Positions 34,828-45,508 of a stretch of 64,000 nt of DNA are shown here, in pieces. The stretch comes from Escherichia coli (GTDB taxonomy: Bacteria > Pseudomonadota > Gammaproteobacteria > Enterobacterales > Enterobacteriaceae): the NCBI RefSeq assembly GCF_001677475.2, contig NZ_CP015229.1; one strand, given 5' to 3'. The translations under genes were made by a program, and so were the position numbers. How positions within the stretch are numbered: the first letter of the stretch is position 1; each line of letters opens with the position of its first letter. The notes under the pieces are model-generated. The model did no database searches, was not told the DNA's origin, and saw only the letters and a program-made list of their open reading frames with translations.

Positions 34828-35059
34828 GCCACAAGGGCATATTTTGTCAGCATGTCTTGCCTCCCTGCAAAGAAGAGACTAACATTCGAATTGTTTGGGT
34901 TCGAACGTAAGCCTCAGGTTGATAGAAATATCGCCTGGGGCTTTTGTCCATCTGGAACCTCGCGAATGCTTAACGCCAGACAGCCTCAAGCACCCGACGC
35001 CATTCTATACCTGATAATTCTTCCAGCGGCGTTCACGTTTAAAATCAGGAATGCTGCTC

Positions 35060-35100
35060 GCAAAATAAAAACGCCCCCATCATTTCTGACAGAGGCGTTT
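35060..35100 (-). terminator. Putative cysJIH operon terminator
   Basis: AAACGCC … GGCGTTT 7-bp stem with an 18-nt loop, followed on the minus strand by TTTATTTTG; 18 nt after the cysH stop. Confidence 0.45.
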
Positions 35101-35117
35101 AATTTATCCGGCAATAT

Positions 35118-35852
35118 CTACCCTTCGTGTAACCCACATTCCCTTTTTAAGCCAAAGAAACGAGTTTCTTCTTCCGCCATGCCGGGTTCCCATTTACGGG
35201 TTGTATGGGTATCGCCCACCGATAAATATCCTTCGTCCCATAATGGGTGATATTTCAGGCCATGTTTTTGCAGATACTGATATATCGTTCGGTTATCCCA
35301 GTCGATAATCGGCAGCACTTTAAATACGCCACGCTGAATTGCCAGCACCGGTAAATTGGCGCGACTGCCGGATTGTTCGCGGCGCAGGCCAGCAAACCAC
35401 GTTTGCGCATTCAGTTCTTTCAGCGCCCGGTTCATCGGTTCGACTTTGTTGATGTCATTGTACTTTTCAATGCCTTCAACGCCCTGCTCCCATAGTTTTC
35501 CGTAACGTGCTTCCTGCCAGGCGGCGCTTTCGGTAGCGCGGTACACTTTCAGGTTGAGCTTGAGTTTGTCCGTTAACTCGTCAATAAAGCGGTAGGTTTC
35601 CGGGAACAAGTAACCCGTATCGGTGAGGATCACTGGAATATCCGGGCGAATCTGATTCACCAGATGCAGGCTCACCGCCGCCTGAATGCCGAAACTGGAA
35701 GAAAGTACATATTCACCGGGCAGATTATCCAGCGCCCAGGCAACGCGGCCTTCAGCGTCCAGTTTTTCCAGTTCGGCGTTAGTTTCTGCCAGCGCCAGAA
35801 TGCGATCTACCTTCGGCAGTTCGTTCAGGGCGTTTAGATCGAGTTTGGACAT
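35118..35852 (-). CDS. cysH: Phosphoadenosine phosphosulfate (PAPS) reductase
   Basis: Start at ATG 35852 ([14 protein letters not shown]…), 244 aa; C-terminal ECGLH motif. ORF track extends 51 codons upstream. Confidence 0.95.
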   Translation of the reverse strand: MSKLDLNALNELPKVDRILALAETNAELEKLDAEGRVAWALDNLPGEYVLSSSFGIQAAVSLHLVNQIRPDIPVILTDTGYLFPETYRFIDELTDKLKLNLKVYRATESAAWQEARYGKLWEQGVEGIEKYNDINKVEPMNRALKELNAQTWFAGLRREQSGSRANLPVLAIQRGVFKVLPIIDWDNRTIYQYLQKHGLKYHPLWDEGYLSVGDTHTTRKWEPGMAEEETRFFGLKRECGLHEG

Positions 35853-35873
35853 AGATTCCTCACTGTTTGCCTT

Positions 35874-35909
35874 GCCTGATGCGACGCTCACGCGTCTTAT
35901 CAGGCCTAC
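35874..35909. repeat. REP element between cysI and cysH
   Basis: GCCTGATGCGACGCTCACGCGTCTTATCAGGCCTAC is a canonical E. coli REP palindrome. Confidence 0.7.
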
Positions 35910-35925
35910 AAGACCGGGCTGATGG

Positions 35926-37638
35926 TTAATCCCACAAATCGCGCGCCGGATCGAGCACCGGGCGAATGATGCCCGCACGCACCGTAAAGTCGCCGAAGCC
36001 TTCACCCGCTTCGCGCTCTTTCGCCCAGCGCCCTATCAGTTCATCAAGCGACGCCAGGATTTCCGGTTCGGTGATGTTTTCTTTATACATCCGTGGGATA
36101 CGTGTCCCAATGCGGTTGCCGCCAAGATGCAGGTTGTAGCGACCCGGCGCTTTACCCACCAGGCCCACTTCCGCCAGCATCGCGCGACCACAACCGTTCG
36201 GGCAGCCTGTTACACGCATCACGATATGCTCATCGCTGACACCATGTTTCGCCATTAAATTATCGATGTTGTCGATAAAAGACGGCAGGAAACGCTCCGC
36301 TTCCGCCATCGCCAGCGGGCAAGTCGGGAATGACACGCAGGCCATTGAGTTTTCACGCTGCGGCGTGACGGCATTCATTAACCCGCTCTCTTTAGCGATC
36401 TTCTCGATCTTTGCTTTCTCACTTTCCGGCACACCGGCGATGATCAGATTCTGGTTCGCCGTAATGCGGAAATCACCTTTGTGGATCTTCGCGATCTCCA
36501 GCAGGCCGGTTTTCAGCGGACGCCCAGGATAATCAAGGATGCGACCATTTTCGATAAACAGCGTCAGGTGCCAGTTATCATCAATGCCTTTAACCCAGCC
36601 AATACGATCGCCACGTCCGGTAAATTCATACGGGCGGATAGGTTCGAACTTGACCCCCGCACGACGTTCCACTTCCGCTTTAAACGTCTCAATACCCACG
36701 CGCTCCAGCGTGTATTTGGTTTTGGCATTTTTACGATCGGTTCGATTACCCCAGTCACGCTGAGTCGTCACGACGGCTTCCGCCACCGCCAGCGTATGCT
36801 CCAGCGGCAGATAGCCAAACTCGCTCGCGGTGCGGGCGTAGGTTTTTTTGTTACCGTGTTCGATGGAAAGCCCACCGCCCACCAGCAGGTTAAAGCCCAC
36901 CAGCTTGCCGTTTTCGGCGATCGCCACGAAGTTCATGTCGTTGGCGTGCAGATCGATATCGTTCTGCGGCGGGATCACTACCGTGGTTTTGAATTTACGC
37001 GGCAAATAAGTCTGACCGAGGATCGGTTCTTCATCGGTGGTGGCGACTTTTTCCTGATCGAGCCAGATCTCCGCATACGCGCGGGTACGCGGCAGCAGAT
37101 GTTCAGATATTTTCTTCGCCCATTCATAAGCTTCCGCGTGCAGCTGCGACTCGTAAGGGTTCGAGGTGCAGAGTACGTTACGGTTCATGTCGTTAGCAGT
37201 CGCCAGCGCATCAAGACCGACCGAGTGCAGCATCTGGTGCACCGGTTTGACGTTCTTTTTCAGAATGCCGTGGAACTGAAACGTCTGGCGGTTGGTCAGG
37301 CGAATGCTGCCATAGATGGTGTTTTCACCGGCAAATTTGTCTATCGCCTGCCACTGTTTGGTGGTGATCACGCCACCCGGCAGACGGCAGCGCAACAGCA
37401 TCGCGTGGCGCGGCGCCAGCTTCTGTTCAGCACGTTCGGCGCGGATGTCGCGGTCATCCTGCTGATACATGCCGTGGAAGCGGATCAGCAGGAAGTTGTC
37501 GCCCTTAAAGCCGCCGGTCAGACCGTCGTTTAAATCTTCCGCAATGGTGCCGCGCAGGTAGTTGCTTTCAAGCTTCATGCGCTCGGCGTCTGTCAGTTTT
37601 CCTTCGACCACTAAAGGCCCTGGATGTTTTTCGCTCAT
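35926..37638 (-). CDS. cysI: Sulfite reductase hemoprotein beta subunit
   Basis: 570 aa; siroheme/4Fe-4S Cys motif (…TGCPNGC…). Confidence 0.96.
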   Translation of the reverse strand: MSEKHPGPLVVEGKLTDAERMKLESNYLRGTIAEDLNDGLTGGFKGDNFLLIRFHGMYQQDDRDIRAERAEQKLAPRHAMLLRCRLPGGVITTKQWQAIDKFAGENTIYGSIRLTNRQTFQFHGILKKNVKPVHQMLHSVGLDALATANDMNRNVLCTSNPYESQLHAEAYEWAKKISEHLLPRTRAYAEIWLDQEKVATTDEEPILGQTYLPRKFKTTVVIPPQNDIDLHANDMNFVAIAENGKLVGFNLLVGGGLSIEHGNKKTYARTASEFGYLPLEHTLAVAEAVVTTQRDWGNRTDRKNAKTKYTLERVGIETFKAEVERRAGVKFEPIRPYEFTGRGDRIGWVKGIDDNWHLTLFIENGRILDYPGRPLKTGLLEIAKIHKGDFRITANQNLIIAGVPESEKAKIEKIAKESGLMNAVTPQRENSMACVSFPTCPLAMAEAERFLPSFIDNIDNLMAKHGVSDEHIVMRVTGCPNGCGRAMLAEVGLVGKAPGRYNLHLGGNRIGTRIPRMYKENITEPEILASLDELIGRWAKEREAGEGFGDFTVRAGIIRPVLDPARDLWD

Positions 37639-39437
37639 TAGTAGACATCTCGCTGATAACGGCGCTCTACGCGCAGCTCACTTAAAAATTCATCCGCCGC
37701 TTCGGTGTCCATGCCACCAAATTCGGCAATCACTTCCAGAAGTGCCTGCTCAACGTCTTTCGCCATGCGATTAGCGTCGCCGCAGACATAAATGTGGGCA
37801 CCGTCATTGATCCAGCGCCACAGCTCCGCGCCCTGTTCGCGCAGTTTGTCTTGTACGTAAACTTTTTCTTTTTGATCGCGCGACCAGGCGAGATCGATAC
37901 GTGTCAGCACGCCCTCTTTGACGTAGCGCTGCCACTCCACCTGGTAGAGGAAATCTTCCGTAAAGTGCGGGTTGCCAAAGAACAGCCAGTTTTTACCCGG
38001 CGCTTCATCGGCAGCACGTTGCTGCATAAAGGCGCGGAACGGCGCGATGCCGGTGCCTGGGCCAATCATAATCACCGGGGTTTCCGGGTTAGCGGGCAGG
38101 CGGAAGTTATCGTTATGTTCGATAAAGACGCGGACTTCGCCCTCTTCTTCCACGCGGTCAGCGAGGAAGCTGGAGGCACCACCGGCACGGGCGCGGCCTT
38201 CCACGTCGTAACGCACCACACCAACGGTAACGTGCACTTCGTTCTCGACTTCCGCCTGCGAGGAGGCGATGGAATACAGGCGCGGGGTCAGCGGGCGCAG
38301 CAGATTAATCAGCGCTTCGGCATCCAGTTGCGCCGGAGAGAAACGCACCATGTCGACAATCGGCGTCGTCGCGGCGTAATGCTGTAACTTCGCTTTATCG
38401 CCCACCAGCGGCAGCAGCGTTTCGCTGCGCGTTAAGGTAGCGTAGTTCTCAACGATATTGGCGGTGTTGACGGTTAGTTCGAAGTGCCACTGTAGCGCTT
38501 CGTTCAGAGGCAACGTTTTGCCCTCGACGGTGACAGGTTCATCGCCTTTCAGCCACAGCAGTTCGACAAGTTCTTTCACCAGTGCCGGATCGTTTTGATA
38601 CCAGACGCCCAGCGCATCGCCCGGCTGATAACGCAGACCAGAGTCACCTAAGTCAATTTCGATATGGCGAACGTCTTTTTCAGAGTTACGCCCGGTAATT
38701 TTCTGGTTAACCGAAAGGCTGGCCACCAGCGGCGCGTCTTTGCTATACGGGCTGGTGTGGATTTCATTTACCGCGCCAGTAGCGACGGATTGCGAAGGTG
38801 CCGCGACAGGCGCACGCGATTTAAGCGCATCAACCACGCGGGCGCGCCACTCGCTGGCAGCAGCCTGGTATTCAACATCGGCATCGACACGGTCGAGCAG
38901 GCGTTCACCACCCAGTTCCGCCAGCTTGCTGTCAAAATCTTTCCCGGACTGGCAGAAAAATTCATAAGAGCTATCGCCGAGGCTAAACACGGCAAACGCG
39001 GTGTTTTCCAGCTTTGGCGCTTTTTTGGAGAACAGGAACTTATGCAGCGCGACGGCTTCTTCCGGCGGTTCCCCTTCCCCTTGCGTTGACGTCACCACGA
39101 TAAGCAGTTTTTCGCTGGCGATTTGTTTGAATTTATAGTCGCCCGCGTTCACCAGCTTAACGTTCAGTTTTGCCGCTAATAAATCATCGCGTAATGCTTC
39201 AGCAACCCGGCGCGCATTGCCGGTTTGCGAAGCGGAGATAATAGTTATACCCGGCATTTCTGCGGCGGGCGCTGGCGTCGCTGCAAGCGCAGCAGGCTGC
39301 TGGTTGAGCACGCCCCAGAAATAGCCAGAAACCCAGGCAAGCTGGGTGGGAGTTAAATCGGTCGTGGCCGCCTGAAGGCGTGCCAGTTGCTCCGGGTTCA
39401 ACGGAAGCAACGCGGAAGGTGGGACCTGTGTCGTCAT
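37638..39437 (-). CDS. cysJ: Sulfite reductase flavoprotein alpha subunit
   Basis: 599 aa; flavodoxin-like N-terminal domain plus FAD/NADPH-binding ferredoxin-reductase-type domain. Confidence 0.96.
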   Translation of the reverse strand: MTTQVPPSALLPLNPEQLARLQAATTDLTPTQLAWVSGYFWGVLNQQPAALAATPAPAAEMPGITIISASQTGNARRVAEALRDDLLAAKLNVKLVNAGDYKFKQIASEKLLIVVTSTQGEGEPPEEAVALHKFLFSKKAPKLENTAFAVFSLGDSSYEFFCQSGKDFDSKLAELGGERLLDRVDADVEYQAAASEWRARVVDALKSRAPVAAPSQSVATGAVNEIHTSPYSKDAPLVASLSVNQKITGRNSEKDVRHIEIDLGDSGLRYQPGDALGVWYQNDPALVKELVELLWLKGDEPVTVEGKTLPLNEALQWHFELTVNTANIVENYATLTRSETLLPLVGDKAKLQHYAATTPIVDMVRFSPAQLDAEALINLLRPLTPRLYSIASSQAEVENEVHVTVGVVRYDVEGRARAGGASSFLADRVEEEGEVRVFIEHNDNFRLPANPETPVIMIGPGTGIAPFRAFMQQRAADEAPGKNWLFFGNPHFTEDFLYQVEWQRYVKEGVLTRIDLAWSRDQKEKVYVQDKLREQGAELWRWINDGAHIYVCGDANRMAKDVEQALLEVIAEFGGMDTEAADEFLSELRVERRYQRDVY

Positions 39438-39752
39438 GCGTCGTTATGTTCCAGTAAGCAAAGCTGTTTCTGCGCCCTGTCAGCGCCCATAAAACAGAAG
39501 AGAAGGTAAGGTTAACGGGGTGAACGGTGTGGATTAAAGACGGGATAGCGATAACTAATAACCAAATCGACTAACCTGTTTTAGCAATAGTCTTTAACAA
39601 CAAAACAGATTAACCAACCCAATGAAAAACAAATGAATTTAGCCAATCATTAAGATAAATTAGCGATTTTGCGCAACAAAGTCGTTTTAGATAATGCGAA
39701 AAAACAGCCTTTCCGGTACTCTACGGCGGTTTTATCGTCCTGTAGAGAAATT

Positions 39753-40118
39753 ATGATGTCCACCACGTTATTTAAAGATTTCACCTTCGAAGCCGCTCAC
39801 CGCTTACCACACGTCCCGGAAGGACATAAATGTGGTCGCCTGCACGGGCATTCCTTTATGGTGCGACTGGAAATTACCGGGGAAGTCGATCCGCATACGG
39901 GCTGGATTATCGATTTCGCTGAACTGAAAGCGGCGTTTAAGCCAACTTATGAGCGCCTCGATCACCATTATCTCAATGATATTCCAGGCCTGGAAAACCC
40001 GACCAGCGAGGTTTTAGCAAAATGGATTTGGGATCAGGTTAAACCCGTTGTGCCGCTGTTAAGTGCGGTGATGGTAAAAGAAACCTGCACCGCAGGTTGT
40101 ATCTATCGCGGCGAATGA
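39753..40118 (+). CDS. queD: 6-carboxy-5,6,7,8-tetrahydropterin synthase (PTPS family)
   Basis: Start at ATG 39753 ([18 protein letters not shown]…HGHSF…), 121 aa; ORF track extends 28 codons upstream. Confidence 0.93.
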   Translation: MMSTTLFKDFTFEAAHRLPHVPEGHKCGRLHGHSFMVRLEITGEVDPHTGWIIDFAELKAAFKPTYERLDHHYLNDIPGLENPTSEVLAKWIWDQVKPVVPLLSAVMVKETCTAGCIYRGE

Positions 40119-40195
40119 TAAGAGTGTGTCGGCGGTCAATTTCCCTTAAGTAACGCTATGTTAGGGTATTGTGTTCTGGATATCTGGGGCATGAC

Positions 40196-41467
40196 ATGGA
40201 AGACGACTGCGACATTATTATTATTGGTGCCGGTATTGCAGGCACCGCTTGCGCGTTACGCTGCGCGCGAGCGGGTTTATCCGTTTTGTTACTGGAACGC
40301 GCTGAAATCCCCGGCAGCAAAAATCTTTCCGGCGGGCGTTTATATACCCAGGCGCTCGCGGAACTCCTCCCACAATTTCATCTGACCGCGCCTCTTGAAC
40401 GACGCATCACTCACGAAAGCCTTTCCCTGTTAACGCCGGATGGCGCAACGACGTTTTCCAGCTTACAGCCCGGCGGTGAATCCTGGAGTGTATTACGTGC
40501 ACGTTTCGATCCGTGGCTGGTTGCCGAAGCCGAAAAAGAAGGTGTCGAATGCATCCCTGGTGCGACGGTGGATGCGCTGTATGAAGAAAACGGCAGGGTG
40601 TGTGGTGTCATTTGTGGTGACGATATTCTCCGCGCCCGTTATGTGGTGCTGGCAGAAGGTGCCAACAGCGTCCTGGCTGAACGTCACGGGTTAGTGACTC
40701 GTCCTGCTGGCGAAGCGATGGCGTTGGGGATCAAAGAAGTGCTGTCGCTGGAAACATCCGCTATTGAAGAACGTTTTCATCTGGAGAATAACGAAGGCGC
40801 AGCGTTGCTGTTCAGCGGCGGGATCTGTGATGACTTACCCGGCGGCGCATTTCTTTATACTAATCAACAAACGCTCTCGTTAGGGATTGTTTGCCCGCTC
40901 TCTTCCCTTACGCAAAGTCGTGTTCCGGCAAGCGAGCTGCTGGCTCGCTTTAAAACGCATCCGGCAGTGCGCCCGCTTATCAAAAACACGGAATCACTGG
41001 AGTATGGTGCGCATCTGGTGCCAGAAGGTGGCTTGCACAGTATGCCGGTGCAATACGCCGGTAACGGCTGGCTGCTGCTGGGCGATGCGTTGCGCAGTTG
41101 CGTCAATACCGGAATTTCCGTGCGCGGCATGGATATGGCGCTAACTGGCGCGCAGGCGGCGGCACAAACGCTGATAAGCGCCTGCCAGCATCGCGAGCCG
41201 CAAAATCTGTTTGCGCTTTATCATTACAACGTAGAGCGCAGCCTGCTGTGGGATGTTCTACAGCGCTATCAGCATGTTCCGGCGCTTTTGCAACGCCCTG
41301 GCTGGTATCGGGCGTGGCCTGCGCTAATGCAGGATATTTCCCGTGATTTATGGGATCAGGGTGATAAACCTGTTCCGCCGCTGCGCCAGTTGCTCTGGCG
41401 TCATTTACGTCGTCATGGCCTGTGGCATCTGGCGGGCGATGTTGTCAGGAGTATTCGATGTCTGTAG
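40196..41467 (+). CDS. ygcN: FAD-dependent oxidoreductase, FixC / ETF-quinone-oxidoreductase-like
   Basis: Start at ATG 40196 (MEDDCDIIIIGAGIAGTACA…, FAD-binding GxGxxG), 423 aa; ORF-track start is TTG 40169. Confidence 0.88.
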   Translation: MEDDCDIIIIGAGIAGTACALRCARAGLSVLLLERAEIPGSKNLSGGRLYTQALAELLPQFHLTAPLERRITHESLSLLTPDGATTFSSLQPGGESWSVLRARFDPWLVAEAEKEGVECIPGATVDALYEENGRVCGVICGDDILRARYVVLAEGANSVLAERHGLVTRPAGEAMALGIKEVLSLETSAIEERFHLENNEGAALLFSGGICDDLPGGAFLYTNQQTLSLGIVCPLSSLTQSRVPASELLARFKTHPAVRPLIKNTESLEYGAHLVPEGGLHSMPVQYAGNGWLLLGDALRSCVNTGISVRGMDMALTGAQAAAQTLISACQHREPQNLFALYHYNVERSLLWDVLQRYQHVPALLQRPGWYRAWPALMQDISRDLWDQGDKPVPPLRQLLWRHLRRHGLWHLAGDVVRSIRCL

Positions 41468-41718
41468 CCCGTAATCTCTGGCGCGCTGCTGATGCGCCGC
41501 ACATTGTTCCGGCTGACTCCGTTGAGCGTCAGACGGTACAACGGTTGATTAACGCTTGTCCGGCTGGTCTTTTTTCGCTCACACCGGAAGGTGACTTACG
41601 CGTTGATTATCGCGGCTGCCTGGAGTGTGGCACCTGCCGTTTGCTGTGCGACGAATCAACACTACAACAGTGGCGCTATCCGCCTTCCGGATTCGGCATC
41701 ACCTACCGTTTTGGATAA
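41458..41718 (+). CDS. ygcO: Ferredoxin-like protein (FixX-like)
   Basis: Start at ATG 41458 (GGAG SD 8 nt upstream), 86 aa; overlaps ygcN stop. Confidence 0.85.
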   Translation: MSVARNLWRAADAPHIVPADSVERQTVQRLINACPAGLFSLTPEGDLRVDYRGCLECGTCRLLCDESTLQQWRYPPSGFGITYRFG

Positions 41719-41734
41719 ATAATAAGGATAATTT

Positions 41735-42310
41735 ATGCCCCTCTTACACCTGCTCCGCCAGAATCCGGTGATTGCTGCCGTTAAAGATAATGCCAGCCTG
41801 CAACTGGCAATCGACTCTGAATGCCAGTTTATTTCCGTGTTGTACGGCAATATCTGCACCATTAGTCAAATCGTTAAAAAGATTAAAAATGCCGGAAAAT
41901 ATGCTTTTATTCATGTTGATTTGCTGGAAGGCGCGTCAAATAAAGAAGTGGTGATTCAGTTTTTGAAACTGGTGACTGAGGCGGATGGAATTATCAGCAC
42001 CAAAGCATCGATGCTAAAAGCGGCAAAAGCGGAAGGTTTTTTCTGTATTCATCGTCTGTTTATTGTTGATTCAATTTCGTTTCACAACATTGATAAGCAA
42101 GTTGCGCAATCGAATCCGGATTGTATTGAGATCCTGCCAGGCTGTATGCCCAAAGTGCTGGGCTGGGTGACGGAGAAAATCCGCCAACCGCTGATTGCCG
42201 GCGGGCTGGTGTGCGATGAAGAAGATGCGCGTAATGCGATTAACGCGGGTGTTGTGGCGCTTTCCACCACGAATACCGGGGTCTGGACGTTAGCGAAAAA
42301 ATTGCTTTGA
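41735..42310 (+). CDS. ygcP: GlpP-family (glycerol-3-phosphate-responsive-antiterminator-like) protein
   Basis: 191 aa; G3P_antiterm-type protein by recall of E. coli ygcP annotation. RNA-binding antiterminator function is inferred from the family only. Confidence 0.85.
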   Translation: MPLLHLLRQNPVIAAVKDNASLQLAIDSECQFISVLYGNICTISQIVKKIKNAGKYAFIHVDLLEGASNKEVVIQFLKLVTEADGIISTKASMLKAAKAEGFFCIHRLFIVDSISFHNIDKQVAQSNPDCIEILPGCMPKVLGWVTEKIRQPLIAGGLVCDEEDARNAINAGVVALSTTNTGVWTLAKKLL

Positions 42311-42339
42311 CGGGATACTCGTAACGAGTTGAATTTGTG

Positions 42340-42420
42340 TGATTTGTAGGCTGCACGCCACATCCGACATTCAGCGCCTGATACGACGCTTGACGCTTGA
42401 CGCGTCTTATCAGGCTTGCA
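42340..42420. repeat. REP/BIME-type palindromic elements between convergent ygcP and ygcQ
   Basis: GCCTGATACGACGCTTGACGCTTGACGCGTCTTATCAGGC at 42376-42415, plus an adjacent partial REP arm. Confidence 0.6.
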
Positions 42421-42463
42421 AGTCCCCAGCCCAGAACCGTAGGCAGGATCATCCGGCAGCACG

Positions 42464-43324
42464 TTATTGGCAATCTGCGTGAATGGTTGTCACCAGTGCC
42501 TCCAGTACCGCTTTCCAGTCATCTACCACGCCAACATCTGCCTGTGAAAATACCGCTGCGCTGGCGTCATGATTAATCGCCACCACAAACTTGCTATTGC
42601 GTACGCCCGCCATTAACGCTGCTGCGCCGGAAGCGCCAACAACAATGCACACCTCAGGCGCCAGCAGATGTCCGGAAATACCAATCACTTTTTCAGCATC
42701 AACGCCACCGTTCATCACTCGCGCCCGACTGTAGCCCACTTCGGCTCCCAGCTTTTCTGCCAGCATAGCAATTTCCTGGTTATCTGCCTCTCCGCCCTGC
42801 CCCACCACCAGCACCTGTCTGGCCTCAGCTAATGGGTCGCGGGTAACATTTTTCAGGTTTTCTATGCTAACCAGCCAGTCGGGAAGCGCACCTGGGACAA
42901 TGTTCAGTTGCTGCATACCAGAGGGCAACGTGGCGTTTTTATCTGCTCCCGCCTGACGTGCCAGCGAAAGGCATAGCGGGCGTTTTTCTGTTTGCAGCGT
43001 CGCCGTTAGCGCATTTCCCCAGTGGGATTTGCGCACGCTTACGGTTGGAATATCTAACGAAGTCACCTGGCAGATGCTTGCACCATGTAAACGCCAGGCC
43101 AGCCGGGTCGACAGTTCATCGCCAAATGTTCCCGGCGGAAAGAGAACAACGTCCGCAGGCGTTCGCTGCCACTGTTCCACCAGCGCATCCAGCACCTGTT
43201 CCGCCACTACGGGCTGTGGTTCAATCTGCCAGTGCGCCAGCGTACAACCGCTGAAATCCTGCGCCGCCAGCCAGCTCGCTATTGCGGCATTCTCCTGATT
43301 TATTGTCACAATTGCGATATTCAT
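42464..43324 (-). CDS. ygcQ: Electron transfer flavoprotein alpha-subunit-like (FixB-like)
   Basis: Start at ATG 43324 (MNIAIVTINQ…), 286 aa, ATGA overlap with ygcR stop. Confidence 0.88.
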   Translation of the reverse strand: MNIAIVTINQENAAIASWLAAQDFSGCTLAHWQIEPQPVVAEQVLDALVEQWQRTPADVVLFPPGTFGDELSTRLAWRLHGASICQVTSLDIPTVSVRKSHWGNALTATLQTEKRPLCLSLARQAGADKNATLPSGMQQLNIVPGALPDWLVSIENLKNVTRDPLAEARQVLVVGQGGEADNQEIAMLAEKLGAEVGYSRARVMNGGVDAEKVIGISGHLLAPEVCIVVGASGAAALMAGVRNSKFVVAINHDASAAVFSQADVGVVDDWKAVLEALVTTIHADCQ

Positions 43325-44100
43325 GGCTGCATCCTTTGGCGTAAATAGTCCTGCCATAGCTTTTGCGCTTTTTCTGCTACCGTTTGCCCATCAATCAGCG
43401 TCGCTCCGCGTCGTTGCTCTGCTCTTGCCAGTTGCAGACACTGCATCGCTGGCATTTCGGCAGCAACAGTTTTACGGATAATTTCTGCTTTCCCCGCCGC
43501 CATTCGCTGACGCATTCCCGGTACTGGCAAGGCCACTTCACCGCACTGACGCACGGCAATCACCGCAGGCAAGCGAACCCGGCAACAGCGCAGCCCGTTT
43601 TCAGTACGCTGTTCGAGGGTGATAAACGGCGCGTCGAGAGTAAAACGCTCCACCTGGGTGAAGCAGGGCCAGCCCAGCATTTCCGCCAGCAAAAATGGCG
43701 TTTGCCCATTCTGCCCTTCGCTGCTTTGGCAGCCGGTAATTATCAGATCCAGCGGATTCTGACGCTGCCATTCGGCAATATGGCGAGCGACAAATTCCGG
43801 CGCAAAGCGCAGATCTGCCGCCGTCTCCAGCAATACAGCTTCCTCAAACCCAAGCGCCATGAGATAGCGCAGCCAGTGCAACGCCCGTTCATTCCCCATG
43901 CTCAACGCGGTTAAAGACATCGACGTACCGTTTTTTCTCTGCGCCAACAGCAGCGCGGCGGCAGCCTGTTCATCAGCACCGAGTAAACTTCGCAGAAACG
44001 AAACATCCGGTCCGCTATTACCCTGAGCCGCCGCCTGCCACTCTTTTTCCGCCAGCATTCCGGCATCCGGTTCGGCTTTAAACGCTAACAGAATGTTCAT
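43321..44100 (-). CDS. ygcR: Electron transfer flavoprotein beta-subunit-like (FixA-like)
   Basis: 259 aa; ETF beta fold; overlaps ygcS stop. Confidence 0.88.
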   Translation of the reverse strand: MNILLAFKAEPDAGMLAEKEWQAAAQGNSGPDVSFLRSLLGADEQAAAALLLAQRKNGTSMSLTALSMGNERALHWLRYLMALGFEEAVLLETAADLRFAPEFVARHIAEWQRQNPLDLIITGCQSSEGQNGQTPFLLAEMLGWPCFTQVERFTLDAPFITLEQRTENGLRCCRVRLPAVIAVRQCGEVALPVPGMRQRMAAGKAEIIRKTVAAEMPAMQCLQLARAEQRRGATLIDGQTVAEKAQKLWQDYLRQRMQP

Positions 44101-45415
44101 TCGTACCTCCTACATTTCCCGCCGCCACCAGCGGGAGTGCTTTGGTTTCTGGTGCCCATAGCCAGGTCACGACAAAACCAACCAACAACACTGCCGCCAG
44201 GAGCAATAAGGTGACTTGCATTCCCCACTGCGCCAGCACCCACGGCAGCAGGCCAGTACTTACCGCCGCGCCCAACCGACTCATGGCGGTGGCAAAACCG
44301 ACGCCCAGCGAGCGAATGTCAGTAGGAAAACTTTCCGCAGGCAAAATGCCCACCAGATTACTGACTGCCGAAATGGTGGTGCTGAAGAGAACAAAAAGCA
44401 GCAGCGTTAATGAACTGCCGGAAGGCAAACAGGCCATCACGACCAGCGTTGCCGCCAGCAGCAAAAAACTTCCCAGCAAAAATTTGCGATGTGCCAGCAG
44501 GTGCGTCAGAACTAATCCCAGCAGCGCACCCACAATTAACAACGCATTAAGCATCAGGCTAGCGGTCAACGCATCTTCCAGACCAATAGTCTGGGCGATA
44601 GTTGGCAGCCAGGTATAAATCACAAACCATGGGATTACGAGGCAGACAAAGAAGACACTGTTAAACGCCGTGCGCCGCCAGTAGCGCGAAGAGAACAAGG
44701 TTTTGATGTGTTTATGGGTCGCCGTTGCCACTTCATCGCCCAGTAAAACATGGGGACCAAAATAGCGATGCACGATAGCGTGAGCTTCAGCAAAACGCCC
44801 CTGTCGCAGTAGCCAGCGTGGCGATTCTGGCGTTCCCCAGCGTAATAACGTAATCAATAACGCGGGCAGAGCTGCCGATGCCAGCAGCCAGCGCCAGGCC
44901 TCCGGGCTTTCGCTAATAAAGTGATGTCCGGCAATACTTGCCAGCACATAGCCTACGGTCCACACCACGCTGAACGCGCCCAGCAAAATACCGCGGTGGC
45001 GGCGCGGGGAAAATTCAGCCAGCAAGGTGTGACCGACTGAGTAATCGCCTCCCAGACCAATGCCAATCAAAATGCGCAGTCCAATAAGATGCTCTGGCGT
45101 GGTGGCAAAAAATTGTAAAAACGAAGCAAGCGTAATCAGCAAAAAGCTGAAGGTGAAGATTTTTTGTCGCCCAATATGGTCGGAGATCCAGCCCAGAACC
45201 AGGCTGCCAAGAAACAAACCAAGGAGTGCTGAGCCGCCAATCATTCCCGCCATAAACGGCGTCAGTTGCATGGCGGGCGTAAGCTGAATAATGGCGTAAC
45301 CAATGACGCCGAGGACATAACCGTCGGTCAGGTGTGCGCCGAAAGTGAGCGCAGCAATGCGGCAGTGAAAACGGTTAAGTGGTAAATCATCCATTCGCAC
45401 CGGTGAAGTGTTCAT
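44078..45415 (-). CDS. ygcS: MFS transporter (sugar-porter-like)
   Basis: Start at ATG 45415 (MNTSPVRMDDLPLNRFH…), 445 aa; 12-TM MFS. Confidence 0.85.
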   Translation of the reverse strand: MNTSPVRMDDLPLNRFHCRIAALTFGAHLTDGYVLGVIGYAIIQLTPAMQLTPFMAGMIGGSALLGLFLGSLVLGWISDHIGRQKIFTFSFLLITLASFLQFFATTPEHLIGLRILIGIGLGGDYSVGHTLLAEFSPRRHRGILLGAFSVVWTVGYVLASIAGHHFISESPEAWRWLLASAALPALLITLLRWGTPESPRWLLRQGRFAEAHAIVHRYFGPHVLLGDEVATATHKHIKTLFSSRYWRRTAFNSVFFVCLVIPWFVIYTWLPTIAQTIGLEDALTASLMLNALLIVGALLGLVLTHLLAHRKFLLGSFLLLAATLVVMACLPSGSSLTLLLFVLFSTTISAVSNLVGILPAESFPTDIRSLGVGFATAMSRLGAAVSTGLLPWVLAQWGMQVTLLLLAAVLLVGFVVTWLWAPETKALPLVAAGNVGGTNEHSVSV

Positions 45416-45435
45416 CTTTACCCCTTCATTGTCCG

Positions 45436-45467
45436 GTAATAAGAACGGCTTCTCGCCTGAGAAGCCG
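45436..45467 (-). terminator. Intercistronic hairpin between ygcU and ygcS (possible attenuator or partial terminator)
   Basis: CGGCTTCTC-gcct-GAGAAGCCG 9-bp stem, followed on the minus strand by TTCTTATTACC. Confidence 0.35.
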
Positions 45468-45508
45468 AAAAGGCAACGCTCCGTCATCGCGGAACGCTGC
45501 CTGACACA

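Noticed and set aside
34644-35250. Two overlapping ORFs (88 and 152 aa) in the cas3-cysH intergenic region
   Set aside because: Both start with GTG and no SD, span the repeat-like hairpin and the 14-bp palindrome, and overlap the cysH 3' end; they look like non-coding regulatory DNA. A small protein cannot be fully excluded.
36481-37533. 350-aa ORF antisense to cysI, and similar long antisense ORFs inside ygcU (45602-46528), eno (54194-55189), ygbK (6980-7687) and mutS (1814-2386)
   Set aside because: They lie entirely within well-supported genes on the opposite strand, have low-complexity Arg/Gln/His-rich composition typical of antisense frames, and lack SD sequences.
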